A stretch of DNA of 64,000 nt from Camelus ferus (Eukaryota). Under the pieces are notes generated by a model. That model made no database searches, had not been told where the DNA came from, and saw only the letters and a program-made list of their open reading frames with translations. A program made the translations under genes and the position numbers. The stretch's first letter is position 1, and every line of letters begins with the position of its first letter. This document shows positions 39,787 through 58,700 of this stretch, piece by piece. The DNA lies in assembly GCF_009834535.1 (NCBI RefSeq), contig NC_045714.1, positions 14,942,001 to 15,006,000 of the forward strand, written 5' to 3'.

Positions 39787-40455
39787 GGCTGGTACAGGGG
39801 CAGAACTGGGCCTCCTGGCCTCGCCGCCTTCACTGGCCCGGCTCAGACACCGCTGGCTAGGAGCAGCGTGTGGGCAGGGCTGACGCTGACAGGCCAGCCC
39901 GCCCCACTGGGCCACTGCCCACTTCCCTGACAAGGTGGCAGGGCTGGTCACACCTGTGCCACCAGGACAGCTTCTCCCGGGCCTCCCCAAGCACCCTCGA
40001 CTCCACCCTGAGGGCCCCAGCAGCTGCCCCCCCATCCTCCTACCCCTGGGCCAGATCAGTCTGGGTGCTCATCTTGCCTCCCTGCTGTGGGGAACCTGCC
40101 CACCAAGCAGCCACTCAGGTGTCCCTGGCCACACGGCCAGACCTGAGCACCAGGGGAGGGAGGGTGGGGTAGCTGATCAAGCCAGGGCGCTCCCTTCCCA
40201 AACCTCCCAGGGCTGCTGGGACTGAGCCAGGACACAACAACAGGCAGCTCTCAGCAGAACGGCTGCTGGAAGCCCCGGTGGGCACTGAGTCTCTTCCCAC
40301 TACCGAAGGTTCTCCAAGTGCCAGGTGCCTCCTTCTCACCCACGGAGCCTGCGCAGTCCCTGAGCCCAGCAGGGAAACTCTGCCACGACAGGAAGGCGGT
40401 GAGGACAAGGACCAGGGGAAATCACACTCTAACCCTACTTCCTGGTGCTTTCCCT

Positions 40456-40461
40456 TTTATT
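40456..40461 (-). terminator. Probable SRMS polyadenylation signal AATAAA
   Basis: TTTATT on + strand about 1.8 kb past the SRMS stop and about 0.67 kb upstream of the PTK6 ATG. Confidence 0.5.
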
Positions 40462-42286
40462 GAGACGAGACTATGGGACCACTCGCTTCACTGAAACCAA
40501 GTACAAGTATCATTTCACAAGTTTGTGAGCACACAGAGCAGCCCGCTCAGTTCTGACCAGGGAGGGGCCAGGCCCAGGGGGCAGGGACCCAGGGCTGGGC
40601 GGTGAGCTGCTCGGCTCCCCTGGGCTCCAAGGCCCCACCCTGCACGCCCACCCTTCACCGCTGCCGGGACACCTGGGCGCCGCGTCCAGGGCCTCGGCCG
40701 GATGTGCGGGGGTTTTCCCGGGGCCACACCGGGATGTGGGCCGCAGGAGGGTTCTGAGGTGGAGACCCTGGTCCCTCCCCAGGCACCACCACCAGACCTG
40801 CTTGGCTTGTGCTGAAGAGATGCCCCAGGGATGTGCCAGTGACCCCAACCCTGAGCACACCCGCCTCTCCGGTCACCGCCCAGCACAGCCCTCCGGCCAC
40901 AGTGCGCCTGCCAGCCCCGCTCCGCACATGCCACAGTTTCCAGGAAACAAAGCGGGTGAGCCCTCCAGCATGGCCGGAGCCCTGAACCTCACACCACTTT
41001 ATCTGGGAACCACCCAGAGCCCAAGGAGCCCAGCTCCACCCCTGAGGGCTGCAGACCAAGGCAGACCCCCTAGCTGCCTGCGGCCCCAAAAGGCTCAGGC
41101 CAAACCCACCTGCCCCTACTGTCTGCCTGGGTCGGGAGGACGGTGTCCCAGGCTCTGACCCACAGCCAGGCCGACTGGGGCCCTGAAGTGGCCTGTTCCT
41201 ACCTCCTACCTAGTCCTTTGGGCTGCCTCTGCCCACAGTGCCCACCCCTCCCCTCTGGGAAGGCTTCAGTCCCCGCCCTCCACTGTCTGTCTCTTGGGGA
41301 CCAAAGCCATCAGGGTGATCTGGAACCAATGTGATGTCCTGCCCAGTCCACATTTGGTGACACTCTGACGTGGCTTGAAACCAGCCCTGTGGGAAGTCGC
41401 ATCCTGGAAACTGGCTGCTTCCTTTCCTAGGGGAGCTGGTCATCACCCAGGTGCCCAGACTGACATGGCCTCTGCCCCACCCCTACCTGCACAGCCAGGC
41501 CAGCACCCAGCCCCACGCCTGAGGCACTCTGCCTCCCTGACCATTGTCCCACCCCCAGAGAACCGACCCCCAGCATAACTTAGTCACCTTCCAGTGGCCT
41601 GACCCATCCAACCCCCCTCCCCAGCCCTCTCTGCTCCAGCCCCAGGGAGATGGAAAGGGCTGTTCGTACAGCTTCTGCAGCCTCAGCCGGTTCCTGCCAA
41701 CAGCCCAGGAGTCATGCTGCCCCTGGGTCCCTGGTTCTGGGCGCAAAGATGCCCGCGGGTGGGGACCAGCTCTTCCTCCGCTGTGGTAAGCCAGCTGGGG
41801 GACCATGCCGTCAGCTCCAGCTCCTGCTGTGATCTGGGGGCTGATGCGTGTGCTGATGGCCGTGCCCAGCCTGCGCTACGTGTGGCCAGCGCCCCGAGTC
41901 TGCCAGAGAGCCCCAGCCTGCCACTTCGGTAAGGCCACAGCAGGACTTTGGAGACACTGGGAAGCCCACCTCTCACTCTTGACTCTGAGAGAGCTGAGGG
42001 GGCTCCATCTGGCCTTCTCTGCAGAGATCCTCACCCCACCAGGGACACCAGTCACATCAGGAGAGGACCCCAGCCCCTCCTCTGTCTGAGCAGGTGTCTG
42101 CATATGTCTGCCTTGCGTGCCCATGCAAGTGTCAGAGCGTGTCAGGGCGTGTGGCCCACGGCCAGAGGCTGCGCGGGCTGGCAACAGTTTTGGGGCACCA
42201 GAGACCCCTGTGTGTGTTGACCTGTCCTGTGGGTTGGGAGGCTCCTCAGCAAGGGGGTGGCCCTGGCCAGGTGTCTGGGGCCCGAG

Positions 42287-49196
<6,910 letters not shown>

Positions 49197-49639
49197 GCCC
49201 CGCGACGCTCCCGACGGGGAGACACCAGAGGGGCGGTGGGATGGCGAGCGGGCGGGGCCTCGCTGCGCGGGGCCTCAGCTTGCGCGCGGTGTAGGGGGGA
49301 CGGTCTCCCCAGGGTCTCCCGGCCAAGCGCGCAGAGCCCCCGCCCGCTCCCGGCGGTGCGCAGACCAGCGCAGGGGCCCCCAGCCCCGGACACACGACGG
49401 CCGCTCCTCTCCCCGGCCTCGAGGGTGTCTCGCGGGCAAGACTGGCCCGCGACTGCTCTGATCCGGGTGCGGCTGGGGTGGGAGCCGCCCAAGAAGCGGA
49501 GTCGAGGCGGCCTGGAAGAGGGTGTCCCAAAACCGGCGTCGGGGCGGGGCTATGGGGCGGGGCCTGGTGGGTGGGGTCTCGTGGGCTGTAAAAGGCAGAG
49601 TGGGGAAGTCCCTCTGGGGAAGGAGTCGCCAGCGTCTCG

Positions 49640-49800
49640 GCTGTGTCAAGGTCACTCTCCCGGTGTGACCTTGTAGGACAGTTCTGCAAGGTGTTTCTGG
49701 CAAAGGGTACTTGGGATCTGTGTTATTTCTTACAGCTGCAGATGAATCTACAATTATCTCAAAATGAAAGTTTAATTTTAAAAAATTAGCTGAGGAATGA
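49640..49800 (-). mobile_element. L1MC/MB-type 3' end fragment
   Basis: Minus strand TTTAAAAAATTAAACTTTCATTTTGAGATAATTGTAGATTCA..AAGAAATAACACAGATCCC. Confidence 0.5.
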
Positions 49801-50399
49801 GAAATAGGGGGAAAAAAAGAAGATGGGAGCTGGCAGAGGTCCAGGGACATGCCTGGCCCAGAGGAGGAAGGAAGGCTGCGCTGCCCCTCCACCCCCTCTC
49901 TGTGGGTGGGCTGCAGGTCTGGGGTCTTCCTCCCACTACTTTTCATTCCCTCCCCACTTTCCAGGTGCCAGGCACCCCTCGACCTTCAGACAGCACCTCC
50001 CTTTCCACATAATCCGACTCTTGCTCCTCGGACCTCTAAATAACCGTAACAACGACAGAACATAATTACTGAGTAAGCGCCCAGGGCTCTCCTTCCCAGG
50101 CCCGACCTGCGGGGGCTTCGACGCTCAGGCCTGGACCCAGAGGATAGGCTGATTGGGGCTTAGCCTCCTCCCAAGAGTGAGGTCAGTAGGAGGGACGGGG
50201 GTGCCGAGGGGAGGCTCTGCCATGGAACAGCCTGGGAGGGGAGCCCAGGCGCAGACACGCCATGCTGGAAGGGTTCCCGCCACTGATCTCCAAGTAGTTG
50301 GAGGAAGAGGCGTCCCTTGCCTTGAGGAGGCTCCCGGGTTGTGACGCCCCAGGTTCCCAGGGAAGGGAGTCAAGCCTCTGGACGGTTCCGTCCAAGCTG

Positions 50400-50800
50400 A
50401 GATCAGGAGGCGGGCCCAGGGCTGAAGATTCGGCTGGGAAGAGAGGTTCTCTCAATCGGAGTCCTGGGACCCGGGACCGCGCCGCGCGCGATCTTGCCGC
50501 AGCCCCTCCAGCCGCATGTATCCGACCCCCACGCCTTGGACTCTCCGCCCACCCTGCCTCCACCCCCGGGAGGGCGGGGCGTCACAGAGGCCGGAGATCC
50601 CCATGGCAACCGGCTGGACGCCGAGCATGCGAGGCTGGGCGCCGGTGGCTCTGCGCACAGTGGGCGGCACTGCTCGGCCCGCTCCGGGAGGCAGGGCAAG
50701 TGGGCGGGCGCGGGGAGGCTGGAGGCTCGGGGAGGCTGGGGAGGCGGGCTGGGGGTGCAGGCGGAGGTGGGCAGGCAGGCGCGAGTGGAAGTTGATTTAG
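50400..50800 (+). promoter_or_regulatory. Probable FNDC11 CpG promoter with RFX X-box-like element ATCCCCATGGCAAC (50597-50610)
   Basis: CpG-rich patch about 1.6 kb upstream of the coding exon acceptor at 52275; perfect CCATGGCAAC half of the X-box. Confidence 0.45.
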
Positions 50801-52278
50801 GGGAAGTGGGCTTGGGGTCAGGGGTATGAAGTTGGAGGCCGAGTAGAATGTAGGTCTGGGTAGGCCCGCCAGGGCAGGCAGCTTCTTCCCCAGAGTTCAC
50901 CAGCAGCCCCTAGACAGTTTTCCAACTGAGACCGCTGGCCACTGGCAAACGAACACACTTCCGTCCCGTAGCCAGATCTGGACCAAGAGTTCCCTCCAGA
51001 GGTGGCCTGAATCTGCCCCAGCCTCCGGCCACCATGGGACTTGGAGTCCTGGGTCCTAGTCTCTGTTGGCACCTCACCCTGATACCCTCTCTGCAGCACC
51101 AAGGCTGGTCTGCCTCTGCCCCAGGAAGTTCAAGGCCTGGCCTTTGCCGGTGGGGCAGGGGGGAGGGGGCAACGGAGGGTGGGGGGACCAGCTTGAGTCC
51201 CAGCCTTACTTTGCACTTAGCAGTGCAGACTGGGGCGGGTCCCTTAGCCTCTCAGCTCCCATTTGTAATTCATCCAAACTTCACGGGGTTGGGACAACAT
51301 GAGATGTCCCAAGTGAAACCACTGGGTCTGTCTCACTGAGCTTGGAAGTGGCTGGGACCTGGGACAACAGCCAGGGGTGCTGGCTCCTTCTCCGAGGAGC
51401 CCCAGCCTTGTGGCCACGGCCTGCCAGGCCTGGGGGGTGCACTGGCCCCCTCCCACTGACACTCAGAGCTGGGAACCCACGTGGGGGAGGGTGCAAAAGG
51501 AGACCCAGGCTCTGGGATCCCTGCTGGGCTCAAAGCCCTGACTGAGAGCAAGCTGCAAAGTGTCCTGGCCTCAGGCACCCGCCCTGTGAGGCAGCGTGCT
51601 GACACCTCATCACTTAGGGGCCTTTCTCCTGGAGTCAGTGAGCTCTCCAAGTTATACCCCAGGACACACCCTCAGCCATCAGGAGCTGGCACGATTACTC
51701 CTCAGAGCTGAGGCCTCGGCCAGCCTGCCCCCCGAGCTGGCCCCGTCCCCAGCTGCCTTGTCTCTGAGAGACCTTGGTCCTCTGCTTTGCACCTGCAGTG
51801 AGGCGATGGAGGGTCTGCAGGACAGTGGTGTCCCCCCTGAGGTCTGGTGCTACTCAGACAGGATCACACTGAGTCCTCTCACCTGCTCCAGAGGGGCACC
51901 GCGACCCCATCCAGATGTGGCCGCACCACTGGTCAATGGCTGGGTTCTGCACAGGCTGTTCTGGCCCCAAGCGCAGTCTCAGCCCTGCCCTATGCCATCA
52001 GAGCCAACAACCAGTAGTGTTGGCCCCTCAACGTCCACTTGCACCCAGATCTGCAGCCTGCCCGCCTGGCCCTCCAAGCAGCCTCTTTCCAGAGAGATGA
52101 GCCCTCCTCCCCCGGCCCCCCGGGGAGGGCAGAGGGCCCAGCAGTGGGAGGGGCAGTGGGCCTGAAGTCACCCACACACAAACACTGCCCCCAGCGAGCC
52201 CTCAGGTGGGTGGCAGAGGCCGGTCTGATGGTTCTAGCTCATGCCCTCCCCCCTCCCCCTTCCCCCGGCTCCCAGACC

Positions 52279-53280
52279 ATGAATTTCCAGGTGACAGGCC
52301 TGGGCCTGGACAAAATGAAGCTGGACAGCCCCCAGTCCTTCCTGGACCAGGAGGAGGCAGAGGAGGCTGAGGACAGGCAGCTGCTGGAGCCCGAGGCCTG
52401 GCGGACCTACGTGGAGCGCCGCAACGCTCTGCGCGAGTTCCTGACCTCAGACCTGAGCCCCCAGCTGCTCAAGCGCCACCACGCCCGCATGGAGCTCCTC
52501 AGAAAGTGCTCCTACTACATCGAGATCCNNNNNNNNNNNNNNNNNNNNNNNNNNNNNNNNNNNNNNNNNNNNNNNNNNNNNNNNNNNNNNNNNNNNNNNN
52601 NNNNNNNNNNNNNNNNNNNNNNNNNNNNNNNNNNNNNNNNNNNNNNNNNNNNNNNNNNNNNNNNNNNNNNNNNNNNNNNNNNNNTGGACCACGGCCGCGC
52701 TGCGCTGGACTCCCTGCTTGAGTCGCCCAACCCTCGGCCCTTCCTGGCCGGCTGGGGGCTCGTGGAGCGGCGGCTGGCGGACCTGTCGGCCGTCATGGAC
52801 AGCTTCCTGGCCATGATGGTGCCGGGGCGTCTGCACATCAAGCACCGCCTCGTGTCCGACGTTGGCGCCACCAAGATCCCGCACATCCGACTCATGTTGA
52901 GCACCAAGATGCCTGTCATGTTCGACCGCAAGGAGTCGGTGGCCTACCAGGACTGGGTCAGCCTGCGCTGGTTCGTCACCATCCAGCCAGCTGTGCCCGA
53001 GCAGTTTGAGCTGCGCTTCAAGCTGCTGGACCCACGGACACAGCAGGAGTGCCTGCAGTGCGGCATCATCCCCGTGGCCGCCTGCACCTTCGACGTCCGG
53101 AACCTGCTGCCCAACCGCTCCTACAGGTTCACCGTCAAGCGGGCCGAGAGCTACACGCTGGTGTACGAGCCCTGGCGGGACAGCCTCACCCTGCAGACCA
53201 GGCCAGGGCCCCCCGAAGGGCCTGCCCCCAGTCGGCTGGGCAAGCCAGGCCTGCCCCTGACCACACCTTCCGAGAGATGA
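52279..53280 (+). CDS. FNDC11: Fibronectin type III domain-containing protein 11 (C20orf195), single coding exon, 333 aa, partly N
   Basis: Acceptor CCCAG|ACCATG; [39 protein letters not shown]; frame maintained across the N run; AATAAA at 53301 and 53313. Confidence 0.95.
   Translation: MNFQVTGLGLDKMKLDSPQSFLDQEEAEEAEDRQLLEPEAWRTYVERRNALREFLTSDLSPQLLKRHHARMELLRKCSYYIEIXXXXXXXXXXXXXXXXXXXXXXXXXXXXXXXXXXXXXXXXXXXXXXXXXXXXXDHGRAALDSLLESPNPRPFLAGWGLVERRLADLSAVMDSFLAMMVPGRLHIKHRLVSDVGATKIPHIRLMLSTKMPVMFDRKESVAYQDWVSLRWFVTIQPAVPEQFELRFKLLDPRTQQECLQCGIIPVAACTFDVRNLLPNRSYRFTVKRAESYTLVYEPWRDSLTLQTRPGPPEGPAPSRLGKPGLPLTTPSER
52529..52684. other. N run (156 nt) inside the FNDC11 CDS
   Basis: Seen directly. 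Confidence 0.99.
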
Positions 53281-53695
53281 TTTTCTGATATTTATCCACT
53301 AATAAAGAGGAGAATAAACACATGCACACAATGAGAGAGACCAACCTGCTTACACTTGAAAGGCGGCAGCAGCTGTGAGTGTCTTTCCTGACCCAACCCA
53401 GCCCACCCTCAAGCCCCAGGCCTCCAGCTCCTGCACCTTTTCCAGGGAGAGCCCCTGCCGGTCTTTCCAGAACACTGACCCCTGGAGCGAGAAGCTTCAG
53501 CCCAGCATGTGGCTGCCCTGAGGGCTCCACCCCTGGGCCCCAGCCTCTCCCACTTCTCCCCCACCCACCCCCTCCATGACCAGCTGTGGGCCCAGCACAG
53601 GCTCCGCTCTTTCCCGCCTCCTGGGCTGGGATTCCCCAAGGGAAGACAATACCCCCAGGCCCTGCCCAGGCCCCACTGGGGGCTGTCACCGCCCT

Positions 53696-54228
53696 GTTAC
53701 CACCACCCCAGTTCCACCACCCCCAGTACCACCGCCCCAGTTCCACCGCCCCCAGTACGCTGCCCCTAGTCCGCCGCCCCAGGTACACCCCACCCCCAGT
53801 TCCACCGCCCCCAGTACCTCCGCCCCAGTTACACCGCCCCCAGTACCGCCGTCCCCAGTTCCACCTCCCCCAGTACCGCGCCCCAGTACCACCGCCCCAG
53901 TCCACAGCCCCCAGTTACCTCCGCCCCAGTTCCACCGACCCCAGTACCGCCGCCCAGTTCCAACGACCCCAGTCACAAGCCCCAGTTCCACCGCCCCAGT
54001 ACCTCCGCCCCCAGTTCCCACCGACCCAGTACCGCCGCCCCAGTTCCAACGCCCCCAGGTACCCGCCGGCCGCACAGTACCACCGCCCCCAGTTTCCAAC
54101 CGCCCCCAGTACCTCCGCCCACAGTTCCACCGACCCCAGTACTACCGCCCCAGTTCCACCGCCCCCAGTTCACCACCCCAGTTCCACCGCCCCAGTTCCA
54201 CCGCCCCCAGTACCACCGCCCCCAGCTT
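53696..54228. repeat. GC-rich minisatellite with ~14-15 bp unit CCCCAGT(T/A)CCACCG, roughly 35 degenerate copies
   Basis: Read directly between the FNDC11 poly(A) signals and the HELZ2 3' end. Confidence 0.9.
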
Positions 54229-55727
54229 CACCGAAGACAGGGGGCCCATGGCCAAGAGGACATTTCTTTTAACAAAAATTAAAGTCTTATCTTCTCCCCA
54301 AAAGAAGCTGAAGTTCACTGCAAGCCCCACCCAGGGTGACGCCCACCCGGGGTGGCTGAGGTCCCAGTAAGGGAGCCTGGCCAGCTCTTGTTTGGGTGGT
54401 CCTCCCTGCAGTCTGTCAGCGCTCCCCACCAACTTCCGGCGTCCAGCCCGTGTGGTGACCTGGGGAGTCTGTCCTCATCCTCTGTGGTCGTGTCACCCCC
54501 CAGATCGGCCAGCAGCTCGCTCCCTCCCCACACACACGTCCACTTCTGGAAGGCAATGTGGCCGTTGCGTCCACGGGTCCAGGAGGGACAGCCCTGGCTG
54601 TGCCGTGTGCCCCGGCTATGGCCGAGGAGTACTGTCAGTGGGAAGAGGCCCAGAGCCACCCCCAGTACACTGATAACTAGCTTTCCGCCCCTCACCACAG
54701 ACACCATGGTGGTCACCACGACAGACCTCTGAGAAGAGAAGGTGTGGCCAGGGCGGTGTGGCCAGAAGGACAGCCCCCCCCACACTGACACGTGGCTGGT
54801 TGAGGGGCCCCCAGCTGTGCCAGGAAGGCCCAGCACCCCCCTCCCCGGCTGTGGACAGTGCACTGCAGGGTTGGAGCGGTCTTAGCCTGGGGCCCCTCCC
54901 AGGTATCTTAAGCCTCTGACACATTCATGGTGCTGCGTGCTGGCCAGGGGCTAAGCCATACTGTCACACACACTGCGGCATCACACGGCAGGACACAGAC
55001 ACAGCCTGAGGGGCAGATCCAGGTCCTCAGTGCTGCAAAGAAACGCAGACCCAGCTGGGTGGCCCTGCCCTGGGAGCAGGCCTGAAGTTGCGAGAGGGCT
55101 GCAGAGCTCGGAGTGGAGCCCCACGTCCACAAGGGGCTCGTCACCTGGTTCCCCTGCCAGGGGCCAGTCCCTGAAGGACACAGGGGTGTGGGCCTGAGTT
55201 AGACGGGGCACTGATGGCAGAGAAAAGGCCCTGTCTTCCCTCCGGGGAGGCCTCCCTGCCTTGAGTTTGGGCTGAGGACCCTGCTCCAGTAAGAGACGCT
55301 AGCTTTTGGTTTATCTGAAACTAGAGAATAAATTGAGCCCCACAGACCACACTCAGTGTAGTCAGAGACAGTCCAAGAACAGCCCCGACGGGGTTCCCGT
55401 CCTGACCCCAAACATTCCCAGTGACACTAGGACTACCCCAATCCGAGATGCTCCCTGCCACCAAGTGCCCCAGTGCAGCAGCTCCGGAGGGTGGAGCGCA
55501 GACTCGTCCCCTTTCCTCCCAAGTCTGCACACAAGGTGAGGCTGGCCTGCTCCCAGCCCGGGTGGTAACTGTGCACGGCCACGGCTGGCCCCCAGTGACC
55601 CCTGCTCAGTCTGGCAGTGACCACTGAAGGCCTGTGGGTCCTGCTGAGAGGGGCCCGCCAAGGCAGTGGCAGAAGAGGGCTCTGAACTCTCCCGTGCTGT
55701 CCTGGCAGCCTGAGGGCAGTGAGGTCT

Positions 55728-58700
55728 TCAGGGAGAGTGTGACTTCCCATAGACTTTCACCTCCGAGGCGGGGCCAGGCTCTGCTGGGCCTCACAGAGGT
55801 CCAGGAGTCAGGACCAGACCGGGCAGCAGCGCAGAAGGTGGTGGTCTCCTGCGAGGGGAAGCAGGAGTCAGAGGTAGCCCTGCCAGCAGGAGGAGCGGCC
55901 CCAGCCCTCCGTCCCTGAGCAGCTCTCACCGATGACACAGAGCCCCTCTTGGGCCCGGGCGAGGGCCACGGTCACTTGGCTGGGGTCCGCAATGACGCCC
56001 AGGGAGTTTTTCAGCCAGTTCTTGGTCGGTCACGGGTCTATGTCACTCTTGTCACAGGTGCGGACCATGCTCACTATAACATAGTGCCACTGGCTCCCTG
56101 GGAGGCGAGGCGAGTCTGGCGAAGCCCCTGCCACCCACTCACCTGACCCCTCGCGCACAGGCCTCCCACCCGGTGCCAGCCCCACCCTGAATCTTGGTGA
56201 TGGAACACACAGTCACTCGTGGAACATCTTCCTGATGCTCAAGTCTCTTGCTGATCTCCGCCACCTGGGCGTTGTAGGGCGTGAGGATGGCAATGTCCTT
56301 GGGGCCCACTGTCCCCCTCAGGGGCAGCTCTCTGGCGATGCAGACCTGAGGGACCAGGGGTGCCGGTGAAGCCAGCCCTGATGTCTGTCCCACCCTGGGC
56401 TCCCTCAGCTCCTCTGCCTCCTCCCCCAGGGAGCCCTCCCAAGCAAGGGGTACCAGGGAGGGCCCGGGGGAGGGCCGCCACCACTGCCATCTCCTCATCC
56501 TTCGCCTTGGAATCCTCACCCTCTTCATCCGTAGACAGCAGCCGGCTCTTCTCTTTGCTCTGCAAGTGGCCAAAGATGACCGAGCAGCCCTTCTCGTCAG
56601 CGTGGCCCAGGACGCTGGGCGGCCTGCCCAGGCCCTGCCAGGTCTTCAGTTCCCTTTCGTAGAACTCCCCTGAGGGGAACGCACAGCTGTGCTCATGCTG
56701 GAAGGCGAGGACAGGAGTCAGGGCCAGGCTGGCCCTCGCCCACCTTGGGCCCAAGAGCTCTGGGCACTCAGCATGTGGTACTGCACATCCCACAGGCAGG
56801 CACCCCTGAAGTACCTCTGCCACAGAGACCGGTCCAGCCCCAGCTTCTGCAGCAGCTCACTCCTGACCACAGGCCGCAGCTGCTTGTGGTCCCCTAGAAG
56901 GACCACCTGGGAGGACAGGCAGGCATGTCCTGACCCCTCGGTCAGCAGCGCCCCACCCTGGAGCTGCCCTCCTATTCCCTGCACCTCTGCACCCCCAGGG
57001 ACACATGCCTGGGCTCTCAGCTCCTGCTTTACCCACCTTCTCAGCCTGGGAGAAGTTCACCAGGGGAATGAGGGTCTCTGGCTCCGAGGCCACACCCGCC
57101 TCATCCGCAAGGATCTGACGGATGTCCAGGTCCTCAAGGCTGGAGGAGCCCTCATGCCAGCACGTGAACAGGACAGTGCGGTGCCGGTCAAGCTCGAATT
57201 TCCAAGCCTGCCCTAGGACTTTCCTGTACCTGTGGGGACACCATATGGTCACCCAGGCTGCACCCCTGCACTCTAGGCCAGGAGGCAGCCCCATGGCTTC
57301 AGCTGCTTACCAGCTGAAGATCTCCTTGGAGAAGATCTCCCCTTCCTGCAGCCGGGCACCGAGGCCCTGACGTCAGCCGCATGGGCGTTGGAAGACTGAC
57401 GGACCCGGTGGTGCAGGGCGATGCTCCTGGGGGTGGGTGGCAGTGAGAAGACCTGTGTGAAGCCGTGTTGGCCCCTGCCCGAGGCAGGGCCAGCTGGACA
57501 GCCCCCGCCCCTCGCCTCCACCCTGTATAGAACAACAGTGGAGAGGCCGCACCTGAGGGTCTGGCTGGGCCTCCCCTCCTGAGGGGTCTTCTTAGGGGGC
57601 CCCTGCTGCCCACACCCGGCACTGGGCACTCAGTGGCCTCCTCCTGCTCCCTGTGCACACGAAGGGGCTTCAGCTTTGCCCTCCTGCTCAGGAGAAGTCC
57701 TGAGGAAGCCAGGGTGTGAGTGATGGCTCCCGGACCCAACTCCCCCGGGCAGAGCCCCTCCGGCTGCCCCGGTGCGCCTGCCAGCACGCCACCGACTGGT
57801 TGGAGGGGCTGCAGCACAAGATGGGCCCCCCCCCAAGCTGGCCACTGTGGGAGCCACAGGCTGGCACCTGCTCCTCGTTTGACGTGCAAAGCCAGTAGGC
57901 AGTGTGGACACCCAGCACCGCCTTCCCAGAGCCTGTGGGCAGAGCATGGGGTGAGCAGAGCCCCCACCTGCCTGCTCGGGCAGTCCCGCAGCTCCAAGGT
58001 GGGTCCCCCTGGTGGGCCCCAGATGACCGTGAACTGCTTCTTCAGAGCCTCCCTAACGGCCTCATTCTGGCTTGGGTTCATCTTGTGATGGCCTCCAGGA
58101 ATGTCGAAGGCTGGTCACTCCAGGAAACTGCTGGGGGTCCCTGAGGAAGGAGGCAGACCTCTGAGCACTGGCCAGGGGCAGGGCTGGAGAGGTGAAGCCA
58201 AGGGCTCCCCATCCACCCACCTCTGTGGAGGGGCTGCTGGCTGGGTTGGGGGGTGGGCTGGCCCTGGGCTATGCTGATGACCCACGGGGATGCACGCTTG
58301 AGCCGACACACAGCTTCGTCTTGGCAGCTGGGGCAGGTGGGGGTGAAGATGGATACCGGACACCAGCAGGATCTTCCCGGGCAAGGAGCACTGCCCACGG
58401 GCCACCACCCCAGGAGACGGGGGTTCCCAGCCCAACCAGCCCATCCGCCAGCCTCTCCCCGGAAGCCACTCACAGGCCCCGGAGCTGCCTGGGCAGCTCG
58501 TCGTCGGTGAAGCGGCCCCAGGCCTTAGCACCTCTTCCGGAACCACACCCATGGCCACGTGCTGAAGGAAGAAGGGCACCTACTTAGTCGGCCCAGCCCT
58601 CCTTTGGGCTTCAGTCCTCCGCCAGCCCGGGTGTCACCCAGGTATGTGTGTCAGGGTCAATGTTTCGGACAGGGATGACGCAGCTGGCCGGGGGCGTGGC

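Noticed and set aside
52039-52278. 80-aa N-terminal extension of FNDC11 in the ORF track
   Set aside because: TTG start upstream of a clear splice acceptor (CCCAG at 52275); the conserved protein begins at ATG 52279.
53696-54228. Repeat array as a possible CRISPR-like locus
   Set aside because: Mammalian DNA, head-to-tail degenerate units, no unique spacers and no cas genes.
53186-54370. Long Pro-rich and Gly/Trp-rich ORFs
   Set aside because: They are translations of the minisatellite, which lacks stops in several frames.
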